Shown here one piece after another: positions 10,826-23,520 of a DNA stretch of 64,000 nt. Source of the DNA: Haemophilus parainfluenzae (lineage in GTDB: Bacteria > Pseudomonadota > Gammaproteobacteria > Enterobacterales > Pasteurellaceae); the NCBI GenBank assembly GCA_018382395.1, contig JAGZQB010000002.1:32200-96199 (forward strand), given 5' to 3'. The translations under genes were made by a program, and so were the position numbers. Under the pieces are notes generated by a model, which worked only from the letters and a program-made list of their open reading frames with translations, did no database searches and was not told where the DNA came from. Numbering within the stretch: position 1 is the first letter of the stretch; each line of letters opens with the position of its first letter.

Positions 10826-12040
10826 TTAACCCACAACAAAAGGTAAGTAACCGGCTCTAATCGCAAAAGGAATCGAAGTAATCATCACGCCAAGCACTAA
10901 TACGATCACTAACAATGCTTTCCCACCCCATACGCGGTATGGTAAGTTTGGATGAATTGAGCGTGCTTTCCAAACTAATGCTACCGGTAAAACCACTGCG
11001 TAGAACGCGAACATTTGACCGGCGTAACCTAGTGCGAGAATAAAACCTTCTGGATAGAAAAGGGAGAAAAGCACCGGTGGAATAAAGGTCATTAAACCTA
11101 ATGAAATGCGCCCTGCATGAATATTAAAAGATTGCTTGAGCAAGTCTTCAATACATTCTAATAAGCCTAATGCCACCCCTAAGAATGAGGTGACCAACGC
11201 CAAAGTGGAGAAGATTTTTACCGCATTCGCAATAATTGGGCTTTGGGTGATTTCTAAGGTTGCTTTCACTAAGCCATTTAATGTGGCGTCTTCACGTAAA
11301 ATTTGTAAGAACTCATTTTGGCTGAGTAAGCCGTGCGTCGAAAGTTGCCACAAAAAGTAAGCAAATAATGTGATGCCAGAACCCACTAAAATTGCAATGC
11401 GTAAGGATTTCACATTACCGTCTAAGTATTTATTTAAGCTAGGAATCGAGCCGTGGAAGCCAAATGCCGTGAAAAATACAGGGCTTGCAGAAATAATTAA
11501 GGCATTATCAATCGGCATCGCCATTAAGTTATCAAATTTAATGTTTGGTAACATTAATGCGAGCACTAAGATAAAAGTGGCAATCATCACAAAGAATAGG
11601 ACACGGTTAATTTTATCCACACTGTGTGTACCGATGACAATAAAACTACCGAAGAAAATGGTGAATACAAGCACCGCGATTTTGTTCATGGTGTCTTTAT
11701 CGCCCATGGCTGGGAGTAAATCCATTAATAAGGAACCACCACCACTTACATAAGCAGCAATTAAGGCATATAAAAAGACAATTAAAACAGCGGTGGAAAT
11801 AATTCGCCCCGCTTTACCAAAATATTGTGCAGCAAGTGTGCCGATCCCCGCATCGCTGTCAGCAGTTTGATACAGTTCCACGAATAACAATGCGGTGAAT
11901 GTGAGTACCGCCCACAAGCCAATTAATAAGAAAACCGTCGCCGTTAAGCCAATCCCTGCTGAGGTGAGCGGCATTGCCAACATCCCCGCACCAATCATGG
12001 TTCCTGCCACAAGCAAGGTACTTCCCACAGTCTTGTTCAT
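10826..12040 (-). CDS. tyrP: aromatic amino acid (tyrosine/tryptophan) HAAAP-family permease
   Basis: MNKTVGSTLLVAGTMIGAGMLAMP, 11 TM helices, 404 aa, resembles TyrP/Mtr. Confidence 0.85.
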   Translation of the reverse strand: MNKTVGSTLLVAGTMIGAGMLAMPLTSAGIGLTATVFLLIGLWAVLTFTALLFVELYQTADSDAGIGTLAAQYFGKAGRIISTAVLIVFLYALIAAYVSGGGSLLMDLLPAMGDKDTMNKIAVLVFTIFFGSFIVIGTHSVDKINRVLFFVMIATFILVLALMLPNIKFDNLMAMPIDNALIISASPVFFTAFGFHGSIPSLNKYLDGNVKSLRIAILVGSGITLFAYFLWQLSTHGLLSQNEFLQILREDATLNGLVKATLEITQSPIIANAVKIFSTLALVTSFLGVALGLLECIEDLLKQSFNIHAGRISLGLMTFIPPVLFSLFYPEGFILALGYAGQMFAFYAVVLPVALVWKARSIHPNLPYRVWGGKALLVIVLVLGVMITSIPFAIRAGYLPFVVG

Positions 12041-12216
12041 TTTACTTTCCTTTGATTGTAATAATTAATTTACGATGATTGTATTTTAATCTTTACAGTG
12101 TGTAAAGTGGAGAAAACAAATTTCTTCTACAAAATGTACGGTAGAAATGACCGCACTTTCCCGATAAAATAAACGGCAAATCAATTAAGACGAGAGACAA
12201 TAGTAGGAGAGCGCTT

Positions 12217-13080
12217 ATGATTTATAGTATGACAGCCTTTGCACGCCTTGAAATCAAGAAAGATTGGGGCGATGCAGTTTGGGAAATTCGTTCGGTTAAC
12301 CAACGTTATTTGGAAAACTTTTTCCGCTTGCCAGAGCAATTTAGAGGCTTGGAAAATGCTTTGCGTGAGAAACTTCGTCAAAATCTCACTCGCGGTAAAA
12401 TTGAATGTTCATTGCGTATTGATAGCAAAAAACAAACAGCGGCTGAACTCAATTTAAATAAAGAGTTGGCGAATCAAGTAATCCAATCTTTACAATGGAT
12501 TAAGGCACAAGCTGGCGAGGGTGAAATCAATTTAGCAGATGTATTGCGTTATCCCGGCGTGGTGGAAGCGGCTGATCAAGATTTAGATGCCATCAGTCAA
12601 GATTTGTTGACAGCTTTTGATGAGTTGTTGGTGGAATTTATTGCGATGCGTGGACGTGAAGGCGAAAAATTACAAGCCATTATTCAACAACGTCTTGATG
12701 GCATCACCGTTGAAGCCGAAAAAGTGCGGTCACAAATGCCGGCGGTTTTACAATGGCAGCGTGAGCGTTTATTACAACGTTTTGAAGAAGCGAAAATTCA
12801 ACTTGATCCACAACGTGTCGAACAAGAAATGATTTTATTGGCACAACGTGTGGATGTGGCAGAAGAATTAGATCGTCTGCAAATGCACGTAAAAGAGACC
12901 AATAATATCTTGAAAAAAGGTGGAGCAGTAGGCCGTAAACTGGACTTTATGATGCAAGAGCTTAATCGTGAATCTAATACGTTGGCATCAAAATCTATTA
13001 ATGCTGATATCACCGCTTCCGCCGTGGAATTAAAAGTATTAATCGAACAAATGCGTGAGCAAATTCAAAACCTTGAATAG
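12217..13080 (+). CDS. yicC: YicC-family stress-induced protein
   Basis: MIYSMTAFARLE..WEIRSVNQRYLE is the YicC N-terminal domain; C-terminal DUF1732 segment. Confidence 0.85.
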   Translation: MIYSMTAFARLEIKKDWGDAVWEIRSVNQRYLENFFRLPEQFRGLENALREKLRQNLTRGKIECSLRIDSKKQTAAELNLNKELANQVIQSLQWIKAQAGEGEINLADVLRYPGVVEAADQDLDAISQDLLTAFDELLVEFIAMRGREGEKLQAIIQQRLDGITVEAEKVRSQMPAVLQWQRERLLQRFEEAKIQLDPQRVEQEMILLAQRVDVAEELDRLQMHVKETNNILKKGGAVGRKLDFMMQELNRESNTLASKSINADITASAVELKVLIEQMREQIQNLE

Positions 13081-13088
13081 GAAAAATC

Positions 13089-13928
13089 ATGGCAACATTT
13101 ATTTCATTAAACCACTATGATTTGGTGGAAGTGGTGGGCGTAGATGCGGAGAAATATCTGCAAGGCCAATTAACCTGTGATGTGGTGCATTTAGCAGCGG
13201 GCGCTTCAACGCTGACAGCGCATTGCGATCCGAAAGGCAAAATGAACTCGTTGTTTCGCTTAATTAAGCTTTCATCAGAGCAGTTTTTGATTTTAATGCC
13301 GAAAAATTTATTTGCGCCACTCGATCATTTAAAAAAATATGCCGTGTTTTCAAAAGTGACATTTCAAGTATTGGATTGGCAAATTGTCGGCTTAATTGGT
13401 GAAAAGTGCGGTCGAATTCAAGCGCAAATTACCTTGGATATTGATGAAAAACGCACAATTTTGCTCAATCCTACACCGTTAGATGTCACCTTTAATGGCG
13501 ATGAAAAACAATGGCTTTGTGCGGATATTCAAGCGGGCTTACCAAGCTTGAGTGTGGAAACGCAAAATGAATTTATCCCACAGGCATTAAATCTACAAGC
13601 AATCGAACAAGCGATTTCTTTTACTAAAGGCTGTTATATCGGGCAAGAAACTGTCGCGCGAGCCAAATATCGTGGCGCCAATAAGCGTGCGATGTATGTG
13701 CTTTCGGGGGAAACCACGGTTACACCGAAAATCGGTAGCGAAATAGAAATGCAGTTAGAAACAGCTTGGCGTAAAACCGGTACGATCGTAAGTGCGGTCA
13801 ATTTTGACGGCGTTTTATGGTTACACGTGGTGATGAATAACGATTTAGAAGAAGGGACGCATTTCCGTTTACCTGAAGATGGAACTGTTCTGAAAATTGA
13901 ACCATTACCTTATTCCATCAATAGCTAA
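13089..13928 (+). CDS. ygfZ: folate-binding tRNA-modifying protein YgfZ (GcvT-like)
   Basis: 279 aa, GcvT-like fold, conserved KGCYIGQE motif near the C-terminal third. Confidence 0.65.
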   Translation: MATFISLNHYDLVEVVGVDAEKYLQGQLTCDVVHLAAGASTLTAHCDPKGKMNSLFRLIKLSSEQFLILMPKNLFAPLDHLKKYAVFSKVTFQVLDWQIVGLIGEKCGRIQAQITLDIDEKRTILLNPTPLDVTFNGDEKQWLCADIQAGLPSLSVETQNEFIPQALNLQAIEQAISFTKGCYIGQETVARAKYRGANKRAMYVLSGETTVTPKIGSEIEMQLETAWRKTGTIVSAVNFDGVLWLHVVMNNDLEEGTHFRLPEDGTVLKIEPLPYSINS

Positions 13929-14054
13929 AAAACGATTTAGTCATTGATGACTTATAAGCATTATTAATGATGAAAAGAGAGAACCACAACGTTCTCTCTT
14001 TTTTTATTTTTTTAAAATCCGCTATAATTCTGAAAAACTCATGAATTGAACACT

Positions 14055-15173
14055 ATGACTTATTATCTTGGCATCATGTCTGGCACCAGCCTTGACGGAG
14101 TGGATATTGCCCTTACTGACATCCAATCTAATCAAACCAAATTAATTGCGGCAGATTTTACACCTATGTCGGCAAATTTACGCGAAAAAGTGACCGCACT
14201 TATTCAATCAGGCACAACTACATTACAGGCTCTGGGAGAACTTGACCATCAATTTGGTTTACTGTATGCCGATTGCGTAAATACCTTTTTACATAAATAC
14301 CAGTTAAAACCAGAGCAGATCGAAGCTATTGGTTGCCATGGTCAAACCGTGTGGCATTCCCCAAAAGGTCAATTTCCGTTTACCATGCAAATCGGTGATA
14401 TGAATTTATTAGCCGCTAAAACAGGTATTACGGTCGTTGGTGATTTGCGCCGTAAAGATATGGCATTCGGTGGACAAGGGGCGCCTTTAGTACCCGCCTT
14501 TCACCAAGCGGTATTTTTTGATCCTAACTGGGCAACAGTGGTGCTTAATATTGGCGGCATTAGTAATGTATCCTTATTGATACCCGAACAGCCTGTCATT
14601 GGCTTTGATACAGGAACCGGTAATACCTTGCTCGACCAATGGATCGAAAAGCATCAAAGAAAAGCTTATGACAAAAATGGTGAATGGGCGGCTTCAGGTC
14701 AAGTGAATCCAGATTTGTTAGCGGCATTATTAGATGAAGATTTCTTTCAACTTCCACCACCGAAAAGCACTGGGCGTGAATTATTTAATTTGGCTTGGCT
14801 AGAGAATAAAATTCAAAAAATAGCAGGTAAAACGACCGCACTTTTACCACAAGATGTGCAAGCCACCTTGGCTGAATTTACCGTGCAAAGTATTGTTTTA
14901 GCCCTTAACAATATTCAGACGACATTACAATGTCGATTACTTGTTTGTGGCGGTGGTGCTAAAAATCAGGCGATCATGAGTGGCTTAAAACAAGCATTAT
15001 CAAATTGGCGTATTCAACTAACGACTGAATTAGAACTTGATATCGATTATGTGGAAGCGGCAGCTTTTGCTTGGTTGGCCTATCGTCGTATGCATAATTT
15101 GCCGGCTAATTTGCCGAGTGTTACGGGCGCTACAAGTGCGGTCAGTTTAGGGGTGATTTTTCCAAAGGAATAA
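14055..15173 (+). CDS. anmK: anhydro-N-acetylmuramic acid kinase
   Basis: [20 protein letters not shown] matches the AnmK N-terminus. Start ATG at 14055 (the ORF track begins at a TTG). Confidence 0.9.
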   Translation: MTYYLGIMSGTSLDGVDIALTDIQSNQTKLIAADFTPMSANLREKVTALIQSGTTTLQALGELDHQFGLLYADCVNTFLHKYQLKPEQIEAIGCHGQTVWHSPKGQFPFTMQIGDMNLLAAKTGITVVGDLRRKDMAFGGQGAPLVPAFHQAVFFDPNWATVVLNIGGISNVSLLIPEQPVIGFDTGTGNTLLDQWIEKHQRKAYDKNGEWAASGQVNPDLLAALLDEDFFQLPPPKSTGRELFNLAWLENKIQKIAGKTTALLPQDVQATLAEFTVQSIVLALNNIQTTLQCRLLVCGGGAKNQAIMSGLKQALSNWRIQLTTELELDIDYVEAAAFAWLAYRRMHNLPANLPSVTGATSAVSLGVIFPKE

Positions 15174-16085
<912 letters not shown>

Positions 16086-16145
16086 GCAAAAATAAAACGC
16101 TAGGCATCAAACCTAGCGTTTTTTATTATTTAATAGTTTACTCAA

Positions 16146-17804
16146 TTAGCAATCTTGTTTGCCGTAAGCATCTTGACGAAGGATTTGACGAACGCCTTCA
16201 TCAAATTGTGCTAAAACTTGATCCGCGTCTTTTGGATCTTTACCGCGAGCATCAAGATAGAACTTGATTTTCGGTTCTGTACCTGATGGGCGAACGATTA
16301 AGCGGCTACCGTTTGCTAGTACGAATACAAGGATGTCGCTTTGACGATCTGTTTTCGTATGGTCGATGAATTGTGCCACTTTAACGCCACCTACTTCTGC
16401 TGGTGGCGTGTTACGAAGTGCGGCCATTAATTTACCAATTTCAGATAAATCGCTTACACGAATAGAAATTTGACCACTTACATAAGCACCGAATTCTTGT
16501 GTGAAGTCATTAGCGTAATCCGCTAAGGTTTTGCCTTGAGCTTTCAAGTGACGCACTAAATCTAAGAATACGATAGCGGCAGAAATACCATCTTTATCGC
16601 GTACTTTATCTGGGTCAACTAAGTAGCCAAGTGCTTCTTCGAAACCAAATAACAAGCCTTGAACTTTACCGATGTATTTGAAGCCGGTTAAGGTTTCTTC
16701 TGATTGGAAGCCGTATTTTTTCGCAATTTCAGCAAGTGCAGGAGAAGATACTAAAGAACACGCTAATACGCCTTTCTCACCTTTTGCATGATATTGTTTT
16801 GCTAAATACCAACCTAAGAAACAACCTACGACGTTACCGTGTAAAGGTTTCCAGTTACCTTGTGCATCTGGAACAGCCACTGCTAAACGGTCTGCATCAG
16901 GGTCATTAGCAATAATGAATTCCGCATTGTGTTCTTTTGCTACTTTAATAGCTAAATCTAAGGCACCTTTTTCTTCTGGGTTAGGGAAGTTTACTGTTGG
17001 GAATGTGCCGTCTGGCCACACTTGTTCAGCCACAATATGAGGTTGTGGAAGCCCAGCTTTGGTTAAGGTTTTGCTTAGTACTTCATAGCCTACACCGTGC
17101 ATTGCAGTATAAACGTAGTTAATGTCTGCTTCTGGTTCTTTAGCAAGAGAAGCGGTTTTTTCGATATAAGCGTTAACCACTTCATCATCTAACACCACAT
17201 AATCTTGGCTACGTGGTAAATCTTTTACATTACCCGCTGCCACTTTGTCGATTAATGCCGCGATATCTTTATCTGCAGGAGAAACGATTTGGCCACCGCC
17301 GTTCGCTTTACCTAAATACACTTTATAGCCGTTATCTTCAGGTGGGTTGTGACTTGCCGTCACCATCACACCTGCTGTGGTATCAAAATATTGGATTGCG
17401 TAAGCTAATACAGGAGTCGGTAATTTACGTGGAAGTAAATAAGCTTTCACACCTGCACCCGCCATGATTTCAGCAGTATCACGTGCGAAAACATCAGAGT
17501 TTTTACGACCATCATAACCAATCACGATAGAAGGTTGTTTGTCGTAATCTTTTAAATAATCTGCTAAACCACCTGCTGCCTGAGCCACTAAAACACGGTT
17601 CATCCCCATAGGGCCTGCTTGTAATGGTCCACGAAGCCCCGCCGTACCAAATTGTAAACGACCACTAAAGCGCGCTTGTAATTCAGTTTTTGCTTTTTCA
17701 TCCCCCTTTTTCGCCGCGGTTAAAAGTGCGGTTAATTCTGCATGAGTTTCTGCATCAGGATCTTGGTTTAACCAGTTTTGTGCAATATCAAAAAGCGTTG
17801 TCAT
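16146..17804 (-). CDS. pgm: phosphoglucomutase/phosphomannomutase-family phospho-sugar mutase (about 550-aa type)
   Basis: Active-site TASHNPPEDNGYK with the catalytic Ser, GIVIGYDGR, four alpha-D-PHM domains. Confidence 0.85.
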   Translation of the reverse strand: MTTLFDIAQNWLNQDPDAETHAELTALLTAAKKGDEKAKTELQARFSGRLQFGTAGLRGPLQAGPMGMNRVLVAQAAGGLADYLKDYDKQPSIVIGYDGRKNSDVFARDTAEIMAGAGVKAYLLPRKLPTPVLAYAIQYFDTTAGVMVTASHNPPEDNGYKVYLGKANGGGQIVSPADKDIAALIDKVAAGNVKDLPRSQDYVVLDDEVVNAYIEKTASLAKEPEADINYVYTAMHGVGYEVLSKTLTKAGLPQPHIVAEQVWPDGTFPTVNFPNPEEKGALDLAIKVAKEHNAEFIIANDPDADRLAVAVPDAQGNWKPLHGNVVGCFLGWYLAKQYHAKGEKGVLACSLVSSPALAEIAKKYGFQSEETLTGFKYIGKVQGLLFGFEEALGYLVDPDKVRDKDGISAAIVFLDLVRHLKAQGKTLADYANDFTQEFGAYVSGQISIRVSDLSEIGKLMAALRNTPPAEVGGVKVAQFIDHTKTDRQSDILVFVLANGSRLIVRPSGTEPKIKFYLDARGKDPKDADQVLAQFDEGVRQILRQDAYGKQDC

Positions 17805-17931
17805 GATGTTTTCTCCTTGTAAAAACTAATTCTTGTTAGACTAGCTGAAAATGACTTTAATTTAAATGACTATTTTGCTTTTTTACTGAAAATTTAAGCT
17901 TTTTTTGATCGCAACCGTTTTCTCTTGATAT

Positions 17932-17962
17932 AAAAACGGCGTAAAAAATATTTACGCCGTGA
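17932..17962 (-). terminator. hairpin terminator
   Basis: aaaaacggcgtaaaaaatatttacgccgt inverted repeat. Confidence 0.4.
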
Positions 17963-17994
17963 GAGTGATATAAATTTATATAAAATAATAAAAA

Positions 17995-18564
17995 TTAGAG
18001 AAGAAGGGCAGAACCCCATTTAATAATATCAAAGAAGAATTTGTTTTGATTGGTTGCAATACCATCACCCGTTTTCTTCAATGTGCCGTCATCATTTTTC
18101 GTTTCATCTACCATGCCATTTACATACTGGCCTTTCACCACATCTAAGTCTTCTTTTGCCTGAGTACGTAAGATTTGGCAAGCTTTTGGCTCTAATGCAT
18201 CGACATCACCAAGTTCTGCGCGGAATTTCTTAAATTGATAGGTCGCATAATTCATCGATTTTTCATCTTTTTGAATCATTTTTACATAATCTTCACCGAT
18301 AATTTTTTCTAACGGATAGAAAAAGACATATTGGGAATGAATATAGCTATCTTCTTTTGCAAAATGTTGTTGCTGAATACGGGTTAAATTCGGATAGATA
18401 CATTGTTCAGCTTGTTTACTCGCTACAGCCCATGTTTTTGCATTGGCATCAGACAGGAGATAGTCTGCTTGTGCGAATTCAGCAGGAATAGTTGATTGTG
18501 ATGAACCAAATAAACTACAAGCATTCAATAACATGATGCTGCTTAAAAAAATAATTTTTTTCAC
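17995..18564 (-). CDS. hypothetical lipoprotein
   Basis: [16 protein letters not shown]: lipobox L-N-A-C. 189 aa, no recognised domain (possibly YceB/DUF1439-like). Confidence 0.55.
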   Translation of the reverse strand: MKKIIFLSSIMLLNACSLFGSSQSTIPAEFAQADYLLSDANAKTWAVASKQAEQCIYPNLTRIQQQHFAKEDSYIHSQYVFFYPLEKIIGEDYVKMIQKDEKSMNYATYQFKKFRAELGDVDALEPKACQILRTQAKEDLDVVKGQYVNGMVDETKNDDGTLKKTGDGIATNQNKFFFDIIKWGSALLL

Positions 18565-18709
18565 TTAAATTTCCTTACTAAAGTTGGAATGGCGGAATTT
18601 TAACAATAACGACATAATTGTAAAGTCTTCAGTAATTGATTTTCTTTCCCGAACTAAAAAACTTCCGCTATAATGACCGCACTTTTTTACACTTATAAAG
18701 GAAAGAACA

Positions 18710-19567
18710 ATGCAAAATCCAAAAGATGATGTTTTATATGCACCAGTTGAGTGGGTTGACCATAGCGAAGGTTATACTGATATCCGTTTCCACAAATCGA
18801 CTGATGGTATTGCAAAAATCACGATTAACCGTCCGGAAGTGCGTAATGCATTTCGTCCGCAAACAGTCAAAGAAATGATCCATGCGTTTTCTAACGCGCG
18901 TTTCGATGAAAAAATCGGCGTGATTGTATTAACCGGTGAAGGCGAAAAAGCATTCTGTTCTGGTGGTGACCAAAAAATTCGTGGTGACTATGGCGGTTAC
19001 AAAGATGAAAGCGGTGTACATCACTTAAATGTATTGGATTTCCAACGTGATATTCGTACTTGTCCAAAACCAGTGGTGGCAATGGTCGCAGGTTATGCGA
19101 TTGGTGGTGGTCATGTACTTCATATGTTATGTGATTTAACCATTGCGGCAGACAATGCGATTTTTGGTCAAACAGGCCCTAAAGTAGGTTCATTTGACGG
19201 TGGCTGGGGTGCAAGCTATATGGCTCGTTTAGTGGGGCAGAAAAAAGCACGCGAAATTTGGTTCTTATGCCGCCAATATAATGCGCAAGAAGCATTAGAT
19301 ATGGGCTTAGTGAATACTGTTGTGCCTTATGCAGATTTAGAAAAAGAAACCGTGCGTTGGTGCCGTGAAATGTTACGTAACAGCCCAATTGCATTACGTT
19401 GCTTAAAAGCCGCATTAAATGCAGACTGTGATGGTCAATCAGGTTTACAAGAGCTCGCAGGTAATGCAACCATGTTGTTCTATATGACTGAAGAAGGTCA
19501 AGAAGGTCGTAACGCGTTTAACGAAAAACGCGCACCAGACTTCAGCAAATTTAGACGTAATCCTTAA
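18710..19567 (+). CDS. menB: 1,4-dihydroxy-2-naphthoyl-CoA synthase
   Basis: Crotonase fold, 285 aa, ..[17 protein letters not shown]..; highly conserved with E. coli MenB. Confidence 0.95.
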   Translation: MQNPKDDVLYAPVEWVDHSEGYTDIRFHKSTDGIAKITINRPEVRNAFRPQTVKEMIHAFSNARFDEKIGVIVLTGEGEKAFCSGGDQKIRGDYGGYKDESGVHHLNVLDFQRDIRTCPKPVVAMVAGYAIGGGHVLHMLCDLTIAADNAIFGQTGPKVGSFDGGWGASYMARLVGQKKAREIWFLCRQYNAQEALDMGLVNTVVPYADLEKETVRWCREMLRNSPIALRCLKAALNADCDGQSGLQELAGNATMLFYMTEEGQEGRNAFNEKRAPDFSKFRRNP

Positions 19568-19576
19568 TTTGAATAT

Positions 19577-19618
19577 AAAAGTGCGGTTAAAAATCTGTGT
19601 GTTTTTAACCGCACTTTT
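19577..19618. terminator. USS inverted-pair terminator
   Basis: aaaagtgcggttaaaaatctgtgtgtttttaaccgcactttt. Confidence 0.7.
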
Positions 19619-19636
19619 GTCATCAAGGAGAATAAG

Positions 19637-20626
19637 ATGGAAACCAAATCATTTAATCTTTATCGTTATTCTATTCCCGTCGATAGTCAGCTGATTTTAC
19701 GTGGACGTTTTTTAAAACGCCGTGAAGGTTTGATTGTACGTGTTGCTTGCAGCCGTGATGGCTGGGGGGAAATTGCACCTTTACCTGGTTTTAGCGAAGA
19801 AACCATCGAACAAGCGCAAGAGCAAGCCATTGAATGGCTGACGAATTGGTGTCATGCAAGTTGCGAAGCACCAAGAGTCCCTCTTTACGGTTGTTATCCT
19901 TCTGTTGCTTTCGGTATTAGCACAGCAATGGATGAGATGAAACGTTATTTAAATGAGGAAGGTAACTATCATACTGCACCATTGTGCTATGGCGATCCTG
20001 ATGAGTTATATGCAGAACTGAATCAAATGCCAGGTGACAAAGTCGCTAAAATCAAAGTCGGTATGTATGAAGCAAATCGTGATGGTTTGATTACGGATAT
20101 GTTTCTTGAAGCTATTCCTGATTTGCAATTACGTCTAGATGCGAATCGTCAATGGACCTTGGAAAAGTCATTAAAATTTGCGGAGAAAGTAAAACTACAA
20201 CATCGTTCTCGCATTCAATTTTTGGAAGAACCTTGTAAAACCCGTGAAGAAAGCCGCCAGTTTGCCGCTCAAACAGGTATTAATATTGCTTGGGATGAAA
20301 GTGTGCGAGAGCCAGATTTTCTTTTAGAAAAAGAACCGCACTTAAGCGCCATTGTGATTAAACCAACATTGATTGGCTCGCTGCAAGATTGTCAAAAGCT
20401 GATTGCACAAGCGCATAGCTTAGGCATAAAAGCGGTGATCAGCTCGAGTATTGAAAGTAGCCTTGGATTGACGCAACTTGCTCGTATCGCTGCGCAATAT
20501 ACGCCTAACGTGATGCCTGGATTAGATACATTGAATTTGATGCAACATCAGGTATTACGCGCATGGCCAGGCTCAGATTTACCGCTAATTGATCTAAATT
20601 CAGAATTTATTACCAAAATCGTATAG
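19637..20626 (+). CDS. menC: o-succinylbenzoate synthase
   Basis: Enolase-superfamily length and KxK/D/E/D pattern; directly downstream of menB. Confidence 0.85.
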   Translation: METKSFNLYRYSIPVDSQLILRGRFLKRREGLIVRVACSRDGWGEIAPLPGFSEETIEQAQEQAIEWLTNWCHASCEAPRVPLYGCYPSVAFGISTAMDEMKRYLNEEGNYHTAPLCYGDPDELYAELNQMPGDKVAKIKVGMYEANRDGLITDMFLEAIPDLQLRLDANRQWTLEKSLKFAEKVKLQHRSRIQFLEEPCKTREESRQFAAQTGINIAWDESVREPDFLLEKEPHLSAIVIKPTLIGSLQDCQKLIAQAHSLGIKAVISSSIESSLGLTQLARIAAQYTPNVMPGLDTLNLMQHQVLRAWPGSDLPLIDLNSEFITKIV

Positions 20627-20686
20627 AGATACGACCACCATTACATAAAAAATCGCTATAATTCGCACAAGTTAAAGGATGTGAAA

Positions 20687-21139
20687 ATGTCAAAAAAATT
20701 CAATATTTTGCTGCTAAATGGCCCGAATTTGAATATGTTGGGCGCAAGGGAACCAAAACATTATGGTTCACTTTCATTATCTGCCATTGAAGAAAATGTG
20801 GGTAAACTTGCTGAGCAGCATGGTGTGAATTTGGAGTGTTTCCAAGCAAATAGCGAAGAAAAGTTAATTAATAAGATTCATCAAAGTTTTCAGAAAGTGG
20901 ATTTTATTTTAATTAACCCTGCAGCTTATACGCATACCAGTGTTGCATTGCGCGATGCGTTGCTTGCGGTGTCAATTCCTTTTGTCGAAATTCATTTGTC
21001 TAATGTACATAAACGTGAGCCATTCCGTCATCATTCTTACTTTAGTGATGTGGCTGAAGGTGTGATTTGTGGCTTAGGTGCAAAAGGCTATGAGTTTGCT
21101 CTCCAATTTGCGTTAGATTTTTTCAATAAAAAAGCATAA
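20687..21139 (+). CDS. aroQ: type II 3-dehydroquinate dehydratase
   Basis: [28 protein letters not shown]..; aroQ-accB-accC order as in E. coli. Confidence 0.9.
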   Translation: MSKKFNILLLNGPNLNMLGAREPKHYGSLSLSAIEENVGKLAEQHGVNLECFQANSEEKLINKIHQSFQKVDFILINPAAYTHTSVALRDALLAVSIPFVEIHLSNVHKREPFRHHSYFSDVAEGVICGLGAKGYEFALQFALDFFNKKA

Positions 21140-21233
21140 AATTTCACAAAATTTACAGATTTTCGCAGAAATTTATCGCAAAGTTCATGATTTTGCGGTA
21201 ATCTTGCCGACACAAAAAAACAGGTTTCAAAAT

Positions 21234-21270
21234 GACCGCACTTTGGAAATCAATTCTGAAAGTGCGGTTA
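21234..21270. repeat. USS inverted pair in the accB leader
   Basis: gaccgcactttggaaatcaattctgaaagtgcggtta. Confidence 0.6.
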
Positions 21271-21300
21271 ACAATTCATTATTATTTTTAGGAAGAACGT

Positions 21301-21765
21301 ATGGACATTCGTAAAATCAAAAAACTGATTGAATTAGTAGAAGAATCGGGTATCACTGAATTAGAAGTGCAAGAAGAAGAAGGTACAGTACGTATTAGTC
21401 GTGCGGCACCAGCTGTTGCACCTGCTGCAATTCAATATGCAGCGGCGCCAGTTGCACCGGTTGCGGCTCCGGCAGCAGCGCCAGCACCTGCAGCGGCAGC
21501 ACCTGCGGAAGCGCCTGCAGCTGAAGTGTCTGGTCACCAAGTACGCTCACCAATGGTGGGTACATTCTATCGTAGTCCAAGCCCAGAAGCGAAAGCTTTC
21601 GTGGAAGTGGGACAAACAGTCAAAGTAGGCGATGCACTTTGTATCGTTGAAGCAATGAAAATGATGAACCGTATTGAAGCTGATAAAGCTGGTGTGGTTA
21701 AAGCAATCTTAGTAAATGATGGCGAAGCGGTTGAATTTGATCAACCATTGATCGTTATCGAATAA
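21301..21765 (+). CDS. accB: biotin carboxyl carrier protein of acetyl-CoA carboxylase
   Basis: Ala/Pro-rich linker; biotinylation motif EAMKMMN. Confidence 0.95.
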   Translation: MDIRKIKKLIELVEESGITELEVQEEEGTVRISRAAPAVAPAAIQYAAAPVAPVAAPAAAPAPAAAAPAEAPAAEVSGHQVRSPMVGTFYRSPSPEAKAFVEVGQTVKVGDALCIVEAMKMMNRIEADKAGVVKAILVNDGEAVEFDQPLIVIE

Positions 21766-21825
21766 TCCCTATCAATCTGAAATGGCGAGCTTTCTCGCCA
21801 TTTTTTCACCCAAGTGGAAATTGTT

Positions 21826-23172
21826 ATGTTAGAAAAAGTTGTGATTGCTAACCGTGGTGAAATTGCACTGCGTATTTTGCGTGCCTGTAAAGAATTAGGC
21901 ATTAAAACTGTGGCGGTTCACTCTACCGCTGACCGTGATTTAAAACACGTATTACTTGCAGATGAAACAGTTTGTATCGGACCTGCTCCATCTGTAAAAA
22001 GTTATTTAAATATTCCTGCGATTATTGCTGCAGCAGAAGTAACCGGTGCGGATGCGATTCACCCTGGTTATGGTTTCCTTTCTGAAAACGCGGATTTTGC
22101 AGAGCAAGTTGAGCGTTCTGGTTTTATTTTTATTGGCCCAACAGCGGACGTTATTCGTTTGATGGGGGATAAAGTTTCAGCGATTAAAGCAATGAAAAAA
22201 GCAGGCGTGCCTTGTGTACCGGGTTCAGATGGCCCAGTAGGTAGCGATATCGCGAAAAATAAAGAAATTGCAAAACGTATTGGCTATCCAATTATTATCA
22301 AGGCATCTGGCGGCGGTGGTGGCCGTGGTATGCGCGTGGTACGTAGCGAGGATGCACTTGAAGAATCCATTGCGATGACAAAAGCAGAAGCAAAAGCAGC
22401 GTTTAACAATGATATGGTTTACATGGAAAAATATTTAGAAAATCCACGCCATATTGAAATCCAAGTTTTAGCGGATACACACGGTAATGCAATTTATCTT
22501 GCTGAGCGTGATTGTTCTATGCAGCGTCGCCACCAAAAAGTCGTAGAAGAAGCACCTGCGCCAGGTATTACCGAAGAAGTTCGTCGTGACATCGGTTCTC
22601 GCTGTGCGAAGGCTTGTGTTGAAATTGGCTATCGCGGTGCAGGTACGTTTGAATTCTTGTATGAAAATGGTGAATTCTATTTCATTGAAATGAATACCCG
22701 TATTCAAGTAGAGCATCCAGTAACAGAAATGATTACCGGTGTAGATTTGGTGAAAGAACAATTGCGCATTGCAGCTGGTTTACCACTTTCTTATAAACAA
22801 GAAGATATCAAAGTGAAAGGCCATGCGATGGAATGTCGTATCAATGCAGAAGATCCAAAAACATTCTTACCATCTCCAGGTAAAGTTGCACACTTGCACT
22901 CACCAGGTGGTTTAGGGGTTCGTTGGGATTCTCATGTATATGCTGGTTATACAGTTCCACCACACTACGATTCTATGATCGCAAAATTAATCACATACGG
23001 TGATACTCGTGATGTCGCAATCCGTCGTATGCAAAATGCATTATCAGAGACGATCATTGATGGTATCAAAACAAATATCCCACTTCATGAACTCATTCTT
23101 GAAGATGAAAACTTCCAAAAAGGTGGTGCGAATATCCACTATTTAGAGAAGAAATTAGGGATGTATGATTAA
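21826..23172 (+). CDS. accC: biotin carboxylase
   Basis: [17 protein letters not shown].. ATP-grasp. ATG at 21826 (the track starts at a GTG). Confidence 0.95.
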   Translation: MLEKVVIANRGEIALRILRACKELGIKTVAVHSTADRDLKHVLLADETVCIGPAPSVKSYLNIPAIIAAAEVTGADAIHPGYGFLSENADFAEQVERSGFIFIGPTADVIRLMGDKVSAIKAMKKAGVPCVPGSDGPVGSDIAKNKEIAKRIGYPIIIKASGGGGGRGMRVVRSEDALEESIAMTKAEAKAAFNNDMVYMEKYLENPRHIEIQVLADTHGNAIYLAERDCSMQRRHQKVVEEAPAPGITEEVRRDIGSRCAKACVEIGYRGAGTFEFLYENGEFYFIEMNTRIQVEHPVTEMITGVDLVKEQLRIAAGLPLSYKQEDIKVKGHAMECRINAEDPKTFLPSPGKVAHLHSPGGLGVRWDSHVYAGYTVPPHYDSMIAKLITYGDTRDVAIRRMQNALSETIIDGIKTNIPLHELILEDENFQKGGANIHYLEKKLGMYD

Positions 23173-23265
23173 TTCATAATTTTAAGGTAAAGGCAGAATA
23201 TTTCTGCCTTTTTGTTTATCATTGAATAATTATCTGACGGTAAAATTTTTTAATAGGAACTCAAA

Positions 23266-23520
23266 ATGGAACTTTCACAACGGTATAAGCAAGCGGCTAA
23301 GGAAGCTCGCTGGGCATTAAGTTTAGCTATTTTTTATGTGATTGGGTGGTGTGTGTGTGCTTATCTCCCGAAAGATTCACCCGGACCGATAGGTTTTCCG
23401 TTGTGGTTTGAATTATCCTGCATTTATTTACCTATTTTGTTTGTAGTTATTGGGTATTGGATTGTCAAAATTGTCTTTTTAGATATCCCGCTAGATGTTG
23501 AGTCAAAGGAGAATAAATAA
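23266..23520 (+). CDS. yhdT: YhdT/DUF997 small membrane protein, companion of panF
   Basis: 84 aa, two TM helices, stop overlaps the panF start (TAATG); yhdT-panF pairing as in E. coli. Confidence 0.6.
   Translation: MELSQRYKQAAKEARWALSLAIFYVIGWCVCAYLPKDSPGPIGFPLWFELSCIYLPILFVVIGYWIVKIVFLDIPLDVESKENK

Noticed and set aside
23340-23356. (GT)5 dinucleotide run in yhdT, considered as a phase-variation tract
   Set aside because: Only 5 units inside a conserved small membrane gene. That is too short for slipped-strand switching, and Haemophilus phase variation uses tetranucleotide and longer units.
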